A stretch of 64,000 nt of DNA from Nitrospirota bacterium. GTDB lineage: Bacteria > Nitrospirota > Thermodesulfovibrionia > Thermodesulfovibrionales > JdFR-86. The DNA lies in NCBI GenBank assembly GCA_963721805.1, contig CAVRJY010000004.1:96001-160000 (forward strand), in the 5' to 3' direction. This document shows positions 28,462 through 43,775 of this stretch, piece after piece. Under the pieces are notes generated by a model. That model made no database searches. It was not told the DNA's origin and saw only the letters and a program-made list of their open reading frames with translations. Made by a program: the position numbers and the translations under genes. How positions within the stretch are numbered: position 1 is the first letter of the stretch; each line of letters opens with the position of its first letter.

Positions 28462-29508
28462 CTAGAGTATCTTCCACTCCTCGGGCATGAACAGGCGCTC
28501 GTAGGTCGCGAGAGCGAAGCGGTCGGTCATGCCCGCGATGAAGTCGCATACGAGGCGGTGGCTGGACTCGCCCTCGCCGCGCGGGATGTCGCGGAAGACC
28601 TCGTCGACGTGCTGGAGGTAATACGCATAGAGGTCGTGCAGGATCTTCTTGGCCTTCTTGAGCTCGGCCTTCGCGCCCTCGTGCTCGTAGACTCGCTCGA
28701 ACAGGAAGTCCTTGAGCTCGGCCGATGCGGCCATCACTCCGGGGTCCATCGAGATCTCGTCGAGGCCGGTCGCGAGCGCGTGCGTAATGAGAGAGCTCAC
28801 CATCGTGTTGATGCGGCCCGAGTGGCTCTCGCCAAGCTCGCGCAGAAACTTGGCGGGGATGTCGGACTTTTTAAGCACGCCCGCGCGCACGGCGTCGTCG
28901 AGGTCGTGGTTTAAATACGCGATCACGTCCGCGACCCGCACGATCTGACCTTCAGGCGTCCCGGCCCTCTCGCCGCGCGAGATCGGGACGATCACCCCGC
29001 GGCCCTTGGAGTGCTTCAGTATCCCGTCGCGCACCTCCTCGGTAAGGTTCAGGCCCTTGCCTTTTTTCTCGAGGAAATCCACAACGCGGAGGCTCTGCTC
29101 GTAGTGCTTGAACCCGCCCGGGTGCAGCAGGTCGAGCACCGTCTCCCCTGCATGCCCAAACGGGGTATGGCCCAGGTCGTGCGCGAGCGCAATGGCCTCG
29201 GTGAGGTCCTCGTTGAGGCGTAGCGCGCGGCTTATCGTGCGCGCGATCTGGCTTACCTCGAGGACGTGCGTCAGGCGCGTGCGGTAGTGGTCGCCCATCG
29301 GCGAGAAGAAGACCTGTGTCTTGTGCATCAGGCGGCGGAAGGCCTTTGAGTGTATGATGCGGTCGCGGTCGCGCTGGAAGCAGGTGCGGATCGCGTCGGG
29401 TTTCTCGGGGCGGATGCGGCCCATGCTCTTGCTGCTCAGTGTCGCCTTGGGGTGGAGGGTCTCGGCCTCGATGCGCTCGGACTGCTGCCGGATGCCGCTG
29501 GTGCTCAT
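28462..29508 (-). CDS. dgt: Deoxyguanosinetriphosphate triphosphohydrolase-like HD protein
   Basis: [52 protein letters not shown]. Confidence 0.93.
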   Translation of the reverse strand: MSTSGIRQQSERIEAETLHPKATLSSKSMGRIRPEKPDAIRTCFQRDRDRIIHSKAFRRLMHKTQVFFSPMGDHYRTRLTHVLEVSQIARTISRALRLNEDLTEAIALAHDLGHTPFGHAGETVLDLLHPGGFKHYEQSLRVVDFLEKKGKGLNLTEEVRDGILKHSKGRGVIVPISRGERAGTPEGQIVRVADVIAYLNHDLDDAVRAGVLKKSDIPAKFLRELGESHSGRINTMVSSLITHALATGLDEISMDPGVMAASAELKDFLFERVYEHEGAKAELKKAKKILHDLYAYYLQHVDEVFRDIPRGEGESSHRLVCDFIAGMTDRFALATYERLFMPEEWKIL

Positions 29509-29509
29509 T

Positions 29510-32500
29510 CTAGTCGGGCCCCACAGGGGCTTCCATTTCATCGATGGGCTCGACCGCCTCTGGCTCCACGGGGGATTCAATTTCTTCGATGGCCTCGACC
29601 ACCGTCGCCTCTGAAGGAGGGGGCTCGGTCGAGCCCTCGTCTTCGGACATGCGCATCGAGATCGCCTTAGAGCAGCCGGGCTCCTCCATCGTGACGCCAT
29701 AGATATAGTGCGCGGCCTCCATCGTGACGCGGTTATGCGTGACGACGATGAACTGGATCGAGCTTGAGAGCTCGCGCAGCATCTCGGCGAACTTGTGCGT
29801 GTTGTGCTCGTCGAGCGCGGCGTCGGCCTCATCGAGTATGCACAGAGGGGTGGGCTTGATCAGGAAGCTCGCAAACAGGAGCGCGAGCGCGGTCAGCGTC
29901 TTTTCGCCGCCGCTTAAGAGCGAGATGTTTTGAAGCCTCTTGCCCGGAGGCTGCGCGATGATGTCTATGCCTGTCTCCAATATGTTGTCCGGGTCGGTCA
30001 GCACGAGTTCGGCGCGGCCTCCGCCAAAGAGCATCACGTAGACCTCGGCGAACTTCTTGCTTATAGCCTCATAGGCCTCGCGGAGCATCCGGCGCGTAGT
30101 GGTGTTGATGCGGCTGATCGCCTCTTCCAGCTCGGCTATCGACTTTTGGAGGTCCTGCTGCTGCTGCGTCAGGAACTCGTGGCGGACTCTTAGCTCCTCA
30201 TATTCCTCCAGAGATCCCAGGCTCACAGGCCCCAGCGACTCGATCTTCTGCTTGAGTTCCGCCGCGGCCTCGGCGTCCGTCTCGGCCGGGACCTCGAAGG
30301 TCACATCAAGGAGCTCGACGCCGTATGTCTCGCGCATCCTGTCCGTGAGGGCCTCGATCTTCATCGCACTCTCGGTGCGCTGGATCTCGAGCGCGGTGAT
30401 CCGGCGCGAGCCCTCGTCTATGCGGACGCGCACCTCGCGCAAGCCGCGCTCGACCTCTCCGACATCGGATGCTATCGCGGAGATCGCCTCGCGGGCCTCG
30501 GCGATGCGCCCGGCCTGATCCGCGGCCTGCACCGCAAGGGCCGCAAGCGCGGACTCTTTCTCTTTAAGCTGTGCCTCGCGCTCGGTGATCCGGGTGCGCG
30601 TGGCCTCGGCCTCGCGGCCTATCATTACCTGCTTTTCGTCGAGCTCGACTATCATGCGCTGCACCGAGGTCTCCTCGGCATCGAGCGCGGACGCCCTCCC
30701 CTTAAGCGAGGTGAGTTCAAGCCTTATATCGGTGGCCTCCTCGCGCTTGAGCGCGGAGCCTGCCTTTATCGCGCCGAGTTTCTCCAAGGCCTCGGTGATC
30801 GATTTTTCAATCTGGCTGCGCCGCTCGTCGCCACGGGCGATCTCCTCGCCCTTGCCGCTGAGCTGGGCCACCAGCTGTTGCTTCTCGCGTGCGAGCTCCT
30901 CGCCTTCCAGCCTTAGCTGGCTGAGCCTCCGCTGAGCGCGCTCGATGTCCTCTTTGCAGGCGTCCGCCCTGTGGCGCAGCACCGAGAGCTCGCGCTCCAT
31001 CTCAACCGCCTTGCCCTCGGCGAGCTTCAACGCCTCCTGCGAGACAAGCAGGGCGGCCTCGGAATCCGCGACAACCTTCGTAAGCACGTCTATCTCGCGC
31101 CTTATGCGCTCGGCCTCGGCCCCAAGCTCCCTCATCTGGCGCTTGATCGTGAGTATCCCACGGCCCTTCCCGGCTATCACAGCGCCGGAGGGCTCGACTA
31201 TCTCGCCATCGAGGGTCACGAGCGTCATGCCAGAGGCCGCGGTGCCGTGAAGCGAGAGCGCGGAGTCGAGGTCGCGGACTATCAAGACGTTGCTCAGTAG
31301 GCCGCGCACCACCGGCAGGAGCTCGCCCGAGCCGCGCAGCAGGTCCGATGCGCGCGCTATGATGCCCTCGCCGGAAATCGCTTCACCTTGAGCTTGCGTT
31401 GCAGAGTCGCGGGCCACGAACGCCGTGCGGCCCATGCCCATCTCGCGCACCTGCCCGACGGCCGAGCGGATGTCGTCCGCGCCGTTTACAATAAAGCCGC
31501 TTATTACCTCTCGTAACGCGCCCTCAATCGCCCCTTCGTACTCCGCCGGGGCCTCCACCGCGTCCGCAATCGCAGCGATCACCGAGACGCGTTCGCGTAT
31601 CGCGGCCTCGCCGCTCTCGTCAATGACCATCTCTGCCAGGGACTCGAGCCTCGATGTGGTCGAGGCGAGTTCCTCTCTGAGGCGCGCGGAGTTCGAGCGC
31701 GCGGAATCGCGCTTCGCGGTGATCTCGGCGATATGTCCGGCCGCGAGGTTGCGTTCCTCGTGGGCCGCGAACATCTCGTTGCGGCGCGACTGTATGCCGG
31801 ACTCTATCTCATGGCGCTCGGCCTCTAAGGACTCCTGCCTTGCGGTGATCTCGTCTATCTCGGCCGCGAGCGCGTCCTCGCGCTGCGCGTGGTTTTCCAT
31901 CGCCGTGCGAAAACGCTCCTGCTCGGCGCGCAGGCGGCTTACGCTCTCGGTCGCGCCGAGGGCCTGCCGCCTCATCGAGTCGACGTTCTGCTCTTCCGAG
32001 GCGAGCTCGTCCTCGATCCCTTGCAGTTCTATCGAGCGCTCCTCATATGCACGCCCGGCCGCTGCAGTCTCTGCCGCCAACGTCTCGCGCAAAGTGGCGA
32101 TCTCGGCCTTGCGGTCCAGGTTCGCGCTCCGGCGGCTCGCGTTCTCCTCTGACTGCACGCCGAGCCTTACGACGTGCTCCTTGAGGTTCTCGCGCTCCTT
32201 GCCGAGCACGGCTAACGCGGTCTCGGCCTCCGAGATCGTCCGCTCAAGCGCAGCCTGCCCGGACATCGAGTCCTGCAGTGCTCGCTCGCGCTCCGCAAGC
32301 TCTATGCGGCGCGACTCTATGGCGGTCTCGGACTCCGAGAGCCCGGCCCTCATCAGGGCGTCGCGCTCGTGCTCCGAGGCGAGCGACTCGGTTGCGTCCC
32401 TCAGAAGCGTATCGAGCTGCTTGAGTTCGTATCTGGATAGCCTAAGCTCGATCGAGCGCAGCTCGGCCATGAGGCGCTTGTACCGCTCGGCCTTCTTGAC

Positions 32501-33124
32501 CTGCCGGTCGAGGGAGTTAATCTGGCGGCGGACCTCGTTTACGATATCATTGATGCGCAGGAGGTTCGTGCGCGAGCTTTCGAGCTTGTTCTGGGCCTCG
32601 CCGCGCCGGATCTTGTACTTGACGACCCCCGCGATCTCCTCGATTATGAACCGCCGATCCTCGGGCTTCGCAGCCAAGATCGCAGATATGCGATCTTGTT
32701 CTAAAATAGAATAGCTCTTGATCTCAAGCCCGGTATCGAGGAACATGTCGCGCACGTCTCTCAGGCGGCACGACTGGCGGTTGATCATGTAGTCGCTCTC
32801 GCCGGAGCGGTAGAGGCGGCGGGTAACGGTCGTCGGGGTGTCCTTCCCGTCCTCGGACTGGTTGAGCCCCCGGACGGTCATCGTGACCTCGGACATCCCC
32901 TTGGGCTTCCTGCTCTGGGAGCCGACGAAGATGACCTCCTCCATCTTGCCCCCGCGCAGGCTCTTGGCGCTCTGTTCGCCGAGCACCCACTTAAAGGAGT
33001 CCACGACGTTGCTCTTGCCGCAGCCGTTCGGCCCGACAATAGCGGTGATGCCGGGGTGGAGCTGCAGGACAGTCCTCTCCCCGAAGGATTTGAAGCCGTT
33101 TATTTCAAGTTTTTCCACACGCAT
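29510..33124 (-). CDS. smc: Chromosome segregation protein SMC
   Basis: [14 protein letters not shown], coiled coils with hinge, [15 protein letters not shown]. Confidence 0.97.
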   Translation of the reverse strand: MRVEKLEINGFKSFGERTVLQLHPGITAIVGPNGCGKSNVVDSFKWVLGEQSAKSLRGGKMEEVIFVGSQSRKPKGMSEVTMTVRGLNQSEDGKDTPTTVTRRLYRSGESDYMINRQSCRLRDVRDMFLDTGLEIKSYSILEQDRISAILAAKPEDRRFIIEEIAGVVKYKIRRGEAQNKLESSRTNLLRINDIVNEVRRQINSLDRQVKKAERYKRLMAELRSIELRLSRYELKQLDTLLRDATESLASEHERDALMRAGLSESETAIESRRIELAERERALQDSMSGQAALERTISEAETALAVLGKERENLKEHVVRLGVQSEENASRRSANLDRKAEIATLRETLAAETAAAGRAYEERSIELQGIEDELASEEQNVDSMRRQALGATESVSRLRAEQERFRTAMENHAQREDALAAEIDEITARQESLEAERHEIESGIQSRRNEMFAAHEERNLAAGHIAEITAKRDSARSNSARLREELASTTSRLESLAEMVIDESGEAAIRERVSVIAAIADAVEAPAEYEGAIEGALREVISGFIVNGADDIRSAVGQVREMGMGRTAFVARDSATQAQGEAISGEGIIARASDLLRGSGELLPVVRGLLSNVLIVRDLDSALSLHGTAASGMTLVTLDGEIVEPSGAVIAGKGRGILTIKRQMRELGAEAERIRREIDVLTKVVADSEAALLVSQEALKLAEGKAVEMERELSVLRHRADACKEDIERAQRRLSQLRLEGEELAREKQQLVAQLSGKGEEIARGDERRSQIEKSITEALEKLGAIKAGSALKREEATDIRLELTSLKGRASALDAEETSVQRMIVELDEKQVMIGREAEATRTRITEREAQLKEKESALAALAVQAADQAGRIAEAREAISAIASDVGEVERGLREVRVRIDEGSRRITALEIQRTESAMKIEALTDRMRETYGVELLDVTFEVPAETDAEAAAELKQKIESLGPVSLGSLEEYEELRVRHEFLTQQQQDLQKSIAELEEAISRINTTTRRMLREAYEAISKKFAEVYVMLFGGGRAELVLTDPDNILETGIDIIAQPPGKRLQNISLLSGGEKTLTALALLFASFLIKPTPLCILDEADAALDEHNTHKFAEMLRELSSSIQFIVVTHNRVTMEAAHYIYGVTMEEPGCSKAISMRMSEDEGSTEPPPSEATVVEAIEEIESPVEPEAVEPIDEMEAPVGPD

Positions 33125-33199
33125 TAGTGCGCCTCATTATAATGATGCCGGGATAGGTGAATAGTATACTATCATTACTGCCTTTCTATCAATCACAAA

Positions 33200-33985
33200 T
33201 CAGGCAAATCTGCGCTCGAGCGCCTCGCGGGTTTTTATGACCGCCCTTACCGCGTCAGGGTCGCCCTCGATGTGGCCGATATACCGATCGAGGTATCCCC
33301 TCTCAACGAGCATGCGCCAGGTCGATGGGAAGTTGATGTCACGGCACCAGCCCACGATCATGAGGATGATGTCCCGGCTGTTGCGGACCATCGAGAGCGT
33401 CACCTGATGGCCGCCAAGGAGGGTCGAGACGACCTCGGGCGTCGCATGCGGCGCGTCCGGCAGAGAGAGCCCGGCGGCAGAGGCCCGCTCCCAGGGCTGG
33501 ATCTCGAGGTATTCATCGAGGAACACGCGCCAGATGTCGAGCTTGTCCGCATCGCGCACCAGCCTTATGAACGTCTCCGCGCGGGCGTCGCCCAACTCCG
33601 GCACCTTGTTTGCGTTATGGAACTTTACCGCGTCGAGCACGAGCTTGCGGTCCTCCGGGGCCAGCCAGCCCAGCACGCCCTCCCGCTCGATGATCTCCGC
33701 GCCGAGCACGCCGTGGTTTACGCTCTCGCTATCTTTAAACGTGCGGAACTTTTGGTACTGCGGGAACCTTCCGGTGTCGTGCAGGATGCCGGCCGCGGCC
33801 GCAATCTCGAGGTCGTGGCCGTTTAAACCCTCGGACTTCGCGATAGAGAGGATATTTTCGGCCACAAGGCCGGTGTGTCTGATCTTCAGGACGACGTTCC
33901 TGCGGTGCTCGGGCTCGTCTTCCAAAAAACCGGCCGCGTAGGCGGAAAACCACTCGCGCAGCCGGTTTAAATCGTCCCTGCTCAT
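33200..33985 (-). CDS. HD domain protein
   Basis: LKIRHT..V, LHDTGRF.Q, NHG, HN, VRDADKLDI. Confidence 0.88.
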   Translation of the reverse strand: MSRDDLNRLREWFSAYAAGFLEDEPEHRRNVVLKIRHTGLVAENILSIAKSEGLNGHDLEIAAAAGILHDTGRFPQYQKFRTFKDSESVNHGVLGAEIIEREGVLGWLAPEDRKLVLDAVKFHNANKVPELGDARAETFIRLVRDADKLDIWRVFLDEYLEIQPWERASAAGLSLPDAPHATPEVVSTLLGGHQVTLSMVRNSRDIILMIVGWCRDINFPSTWRMLVERGYLDRYIGHIEGDPDAVRAVIKTREALERRFA

Positions 33986-33989
33986 GGCC

Positions 33990-36459
<2,470 letters not shown>

Positions 36460-36626
36460 TGTAAGTATCCTCCGTTTCGGTGCTTATTGCGAGTTCATCT
36501 GTAGCCTGATATTATAACATTACAGGGGCTCCGGAGGCCTTCCCGGGATCGTGGCGGCTGGACGCCGCCAGGGGTGGAATGACTAAGCTGCCGCCGTTCT
36601 GTTAATATAGTGAACTGACACTTGCT

Positions 36627-37767
36627 ATGAAATTCAGTCCACTCTCGATAAAAGGCATCACGGTTCCCGTCCCGATAGTCCAGGGAGGCATGGGCGTGGG
36701 CGTATCGCTCGCGCCGCTGGCCGGCGCGGTCGCTCGCGAGGGCGGCGTGGGCGTGATATCGAGCGCTTGCATCGACCGGCTAGTCTCGAAGCGCCTCGGC
36801 AGGCGCATGGACATATACGAGGCGGTGCGCGAGGAAGTCTCGCTCGCCCGGCAGCTCTCGGGCGGGCTGGGCGCGATAGGAATAAACATCATGGTAGCGC
36901 TCGGCCGCGATTATGTCGATACGGTGCGCGGCGCGATAGACGCCGGGGTGGACGTCATCATCTCGGGCGCCGGGCTGCCTCTGAGCCTCCCTACAATTCA
37001 GAAGCCGGGCCGCACGGCGCTCGTGCCGATAGTGTCTTCCAGCCGCGCGCTCGAGGTAATATGCCGCAAATGGGAGCGCGTGGGCTACCGCCCTGACGCG
37101 GTCGTGCTCGAAGGCCCGCTGGCCGGAGGCCACCTCGGTTTCTCCCTGGAGCAGGTAAACAGCGACGACCACAAGCTCGAGACACTGCTGCCGCCCGTAC
37201 TTGAGGTCGCGCACAAATACGGCGATATCCCGGTCATCGTCGCGGGCGGCATATACTCACACGCTGACATAGCGAGGTTCATCGCGATGGGGGCCTCCGC
37301 TGTGCAGATGGGCACCCGGTTTCTGGCCACGGTGGAGAGTTCCGCCACGCAGGATTATAAAAATGCGGTCGTGGCCGCGACCGAAGAGGACATACACATA
37401 GCCACGCTGCCGGGCTCGCCCTGCGGCCTGCCCTTCAGGGTGCTTAAGGACTCGCCGATGTACCAGTCCGCGATCCTGAAGCGCCGCCAGCCCAAGTGCG
37501 ACAAGGGCTACGTCCTCACGAAGGGCCAGGAGGGCAGGTACTCGATCTGCCCGGCAAGGGACAACAACGAGGGCCACTTCTGCATATGCAACGGGCTTTT
37601 GAGCTCGGGCGGGTATAACCCCGAGAAGGAAGAGGCCCTCTATACCGTCGGCTCGACCGCTCACCGCATAAAGCGCATAGTCACGCGTGCACGACCTGAT
37701 GGCCGAGCTCACCGCGGCCGAGGTCCACGAGTCCGACGAGCAGGTCTATACCACTCTCTACGCCTGA
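36627..37767 (+). CDS. Nitronate monooxygenase/FabK-like flavin oxidoreductase; +1 frameshift near 37686
   Basis: PIVQGGMGVG, SGAGLP, EGPLAGGHLG, AGGI, VQMGTRF; deleting one base gives the typical end IVTVHDLMAEL. Confidence 0.88.
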
Positions 37768-37901
37768 TTTAAGCCTGTCTCATACGTCCGCAACTTCCCG
37801 ATATATTAATCATTAAAAGAGCGCCCCGGATAATTCCCCGGCCAATACGCACCCCCCGCCCCCAAACCCCCAGGCTACTTGATACCATCCGGGCAATCCG
37901 A

Positions 37902-37931
37902 CTTGACATGACCCGACTTAAGTTTTATGAT
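37902..37931 (+). promoter_or_regulatory. HAIR-like HspR operator overlapping a sigma70 promoter
   Basis: CTTGACA-N7-ACTTAAG (consensus CTTGAGT-N7-ACTCAAG, 11/14) on top of TTGACA-N17-TATGAT. Confidence 0.8.
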
Positions 37932-37951
37932 AAGAAGGACAGGAGGATCGG

Positions 37952-39081
37952 ATGGCCCAGAAGGATTACTATGAGTTGCTCGGCCTTAAAAAGGGCGCGG
38001 CGACGGACGACATAAAAAAGGCTTACCGCAGGCTCGCCCGGAAGTACCACCCGGACCTCAATCCAGGCGACAAAGCTCTGGAGGAGAAGTTCAAGGAGAT
38101 AAACGAGGCCTACGCCGTCCTGAGCGACCCGAAGAAGAAAGAAGAGTACGACAGCTTCGGCAGCGCGGCGGAGCGGCCGGGTTCGACTGGACCGGGGCCG
38201 CCGGTGCGGCCGGATATGGAGGAAAGCCCTATGGTGGCGCGGCCCCCCCGCACGAGGACGTCTTCGAGTTCGGCTTCGGAGACATTCTCTCGGAGATGTT
38301 CGGCGCCGCTGGCGCCGAGGGCCGCCGGGCGCAGACCCCCATGCGGGGCTCGGACCTCGTAAGCGGGATCACGATCTCGCTCGAGGAGGCCTTTACCGGC
38401 ACCACGAAGAAGATGACCCTCTCGCGCGAGGTATCATGCGCGGCCTGCAAGGGCACCGGCATCGAGACCGCCAACACCTGCCCGACCTGCCAGGGCACCG
38501 GCAGGCAGCAGACCTCGAAGGGGTTTTTCCGCACGGCCCAGCGCTGTCCCGACTGCGGCGGCGTCGGCCGCAAGGTGACGAAGGTCTGCCCTCAGTGCAG
38601 CGGCCATGGCAAGAGCTTCGCGGCCGAGACCGCCAACGTCAGGATACCGGCCGGGGTCGATGACGGCTCTACCGTCAGGCTCCGCGGCATGGGCAACGCC
38701 GGAGACGGCGGCGGCCCGGCCGGAGACCTCAGGCTGCGCGTCACCGTGACCCCGCACCCGTTCTTCGAACGCCGGGGAGACGACCTGCGCCTTAAGCTCC
38801 CGGTCACGTTCGGCGAGGCCGCGCTCGGGGCGAAGGTCGAGGTCCCGACGATAGACGGCAAGGCCGTGATGACCATACCGGCCGGGACGCAGAGCGGCCA
38901 GAAGTTCAAGCTCTCCGGCAAGGGCTTCATAAAGCCCGGCACCACGGAGCGCGGCAACATGTACGTCTCGGTCGAGGTCGCGGTGCCCAGGTTCATCGAC
39001 GCCGGCGCCCGGATTGCCATAGACGAGATAGAGCGCGCGTACCCCGAAAACCCGCGCCGCTCCATGGGAGTGCAATCATGA
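37952..39081 (+). CDS. dnaJ: DnaJ-family co-chaperone, frameshift near 38165 (probable sequencing error)
   Basis: J domain with HPD; G/F linker in the next frame; four CxxCxGxG repeats; C-terminal IPAG motifs. Confidence 0.9.
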
Positions 39082-39432
39082 TAACCAAACGCAAGGACGA
39101 GCCGGTATACATGATAGGCATCGCAGCGCGCATGCTCGACGTCCACCCCCAGACCCTGCGGCTCTACGACCGCGAGGGCCTGCTCTGCCCGATGCGCCAC
39201 GGCAGGCAGCGGCTGTACTCCGAACGCGACATCGAGGTCCTGCACTTCATCCTGAACCTCACGCGCGACATGGGCGTCAACCGCGCCGGGGTGGACATCA
39301 TCCTGCGCATGCGCCGCCGCCTCGAATCGCTGCAGCGCGAGGTCGAAGAAATGTTAAAGAACATAGACGGCGAAAAACGTGATACATTTGAACAAAAGAT
39401 CCGGCGCATCTTCATTGAGGAGGACACCAACG

Positions 39433-39443
<11 letters not shown>
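39078..39443 (+). CDS. hspR: MerR-family heat-shock repressor HspR
   Basis: [41 protein letters not shown]; between dnaJ and clpB. Confidence 0.9.
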
Positions 39444-42079
<2,636 letters not shown>

Positions 42080-42096
42080 CCATTAACCGCACACAC

Positions 42097-42123
42097 GGGG
42101 GGAGCCTAGCTCCCCCCCCCTTT
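42097..42123 (+). terminator. Intrinsic terminator after clpB
   Basis: GGGGGGAGC-CTA-GCTCCCCCC followed by a T-rich tract. Confidence 0.65.
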
Positions 42124-42131
42124 CCTTTTAC

Positions 42132-42423
42132 AAAGCGCTCCAAATCGCTTGATACTGCGTTGGGCTTCTTAAACTCGCCCTCTACTGAAAGCGGCTGCAA
42201 TTGCGTGATACTGCGTCACTGCCTCGGAATTCCTCCCTCGATGTAGCGGTGCTACACCTACGGTCGTTTTCCTCGCCGTTCCTTGTCTGACGCAATATCG
42301 CTCGCTTTCATGGGGATACACCATCGGGCGGTCTTCTCGCCCTGCCTTGTCTGAAGCCGATTTGGGCGCGCTTTCGGGGGAGAGGATGACGTAGCCCCCC
42401 GCACCCCCAAGGTCAACGGCATT
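42132..42423 (+). repeat. Dispersed rod-like repeat, copy D (outer), containing a nested copy
   Basis: AAAGCGCTCCAAATCGCTTGATACTGCGTT head; CGATTTGGGCGCGCTTTC arm; AAGGTCAACGGCATT tail. Confidence 0.9.
42186..42310 (+). repeat. Nested divergent copy of the rod-like repeat (D-inner)
   Basis: TGAAAGCG...TGATACTGCGTC...TGTAGC-GGT-GCTACA...TTCCTTGTCTGA...CGCTTTCA inside the apex of copy D. Confidence 0.88.
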
Positions 42424-42455
42424 GATTGGTATTTTGCATCAACAATCTTCTAACA

Positions 42456-43051
42456 GTGAAGCTCCCCGTGGCAAGCCACGGGGCATCCGTGGCGCAGCTA
42501 TAAGTCCAGCTGCGCAGGCAATTGCTTCTCTGCTCTGTGGCCGCGTATGTATTTGCGGATCATTTCCGAGGTCAAGCTGTCCCCGACTGTCCGCGCAAAG
42601 TACCCATCCTCCCACAGCTCACCCTTCCATAGTCTTTGCCTCAGCGATGGGTATTGCTTGAACAGCTCACGGGCGCTGATACTTTTCAGGGTTCTGACCA
42701 CCACCCCTATCGAGTACCGTGGCGGGAACGATAGAAATATATGCACATGGTCCTCCGCCACTTCCATCTCCACTATCTCATATTCATACTCTTCAGCTAT
42801 CTCCCTGAAAAGTTCCGCGCACCGCTCGCGCATGTAACTTTGCGCGAACAGTCTCTTGCGATACTTAGGACACCATACCAGATGGTACCCGGTGTCATAT
42901 ACAGCGTGACTCGTCCTGCGTAACCCCATGCCTCATGATAGCCCGCAATTGCCTCGGCGGGAAAGGGGGACTTCCAGCCCCCCTTACATCCCCCCGGCAG
43001 GGATGCCATTCATCCCCGTGGCAAGCCACGGGGCATACTGGCATGGTTTTC
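42456..43051 (-). mobile_element. IS200/IS605-family insertion sequence (tnpA only), copy 1, 596 bp
   Basis: Matches 50421-51016; CCCCGTGGC-TT-GCCACGGGG hairpin at both ends; inserted 3' of TAAC, ends in TCAC, no TSD. Confidence 0.95.
42498..42929 (-). CDS. tnpA: IS200-family Y1 HUH transposase
   Basis: YHLVWCPKYR, DHVH (HUH), LKSISAR, LW..GYF, IRKYI catalytic Tyr. Confidence 0.96.
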   Translation of the reverse strand: MGLRRTSHAVYDTGYHLVWCPKYRKRLFAQSYMRERCAELFREIAEEYEYEIVEMEVAEDHVHIFLSFPPRYSIGVVVRTLKSISARELFKQYPSLRQRLWKGELWEDGYFARTVGDSLTSEMIRKYIRGHRAEKQLPAQLDL

Positions 43052-43206
43052 GTTAAAACAGGCTTTTTGTTTCTTTTGCCTGGCTTGTCACCTTTATCAG
43101 TTTTGCATAAGAATATCACTCTATTGTTTTCCTTGACTTCATAAAGGTGGTCAGCGCAAAACGCTTTGCCGCATTGAGAGCACTTTAATATGATTATGTT
43201 ATTCAT
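43052..43206 (-). pseudogene. Small AT-rich zinc-finger-like ORF interrupted by the IS
   Basis: CSQCGKAFCADH motif; the reading frame runs into the IS at the TAAC target. Confidence 0.45.
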
Positions 43207-43225
43207 ACAAAATCATCTCTACTCG

Positions 43226-43504
43226 TCATTGTTTGTACAAATTTATCTTGCGCAGTATAATCCCAATTATAAAACTCAGTCCCGAGCATACTCCAGCGGA
43301 GAAGGAAAGGAAAGCCGAGGATTCTTTGGTTAGCATTGCAATGCCGGCAAATATTTGAGTTAGACCGAGATAAAATATTATCACATAAAAAAGATTTTTG
43401 TTGTTTTTGAAGTGTGTTCTCTTCAGCGCAAACATACTAATAACCATTGACGCCCCTAAAATAATCACAATAACACCAGCTATGGTGAAAAAATCTATCT
43501 TCAT
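43226..43504 (-). CDS. Small AT-rich 3-TM membrane protein
   Basis: Three hydrophobic segments; base composition unlike the host genes. Confidence 0.65.
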   Translation of the reverse strand: MKIDFFTIAGVIVIILGASMVISMFALKRTHFKNNKNLFYVIIFYLGLTQIFAGIAMLTKESSAFLSFSAGVCSGLSFIIGIILRKINLYKQ

Positions 43505-43585
43505 GAGCCTAAGATACCACAACCGCGTTGAGTATGCCAGAGGATTCTTAGCAGTAGGCAGCGCGCGGATGTGGCTTATCTAATA

Positions 43586-43764
43586 AGCCGTTGACCTTGG
43601 GGGAGCGGGGGTCCAGCGGCAGAGCCGCGACCAACCCCCGAAAGCGCGATAAATCGCGTCAGACTAGGAAGGTCGAGAAGACCGCCCGACGGTGTACTGA
43701 GACGTACTCCGAGGGCGCGTCTTTGATGGCCTGACAACGTATCACGCGACTTTAGCGCGCTTTC
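43586..43764 (-). repeat. Dispersed rod-like repeat, copy I (closest to copy B)
   Basis: Reverse complement shares CAAAGACGCGCCCTCGGAGTACGTC.CAGTACACCGTCGGGCGGTCT with copy B; tail AAGGTCAACGGC. Confidence 0.9.
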
Positions 43765-43775
43765 AAAAAGGCCCG

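Noticed and set aside
42498..42929. Local TnpA as the mobiliser of the rod elements
   Set aside because: Its end hairpin CCCCGTGGCAAGCCACGGGG and guide tetranucleotides are not in the elements; only a short GCCACGGG overlap with one module, which is insufficient
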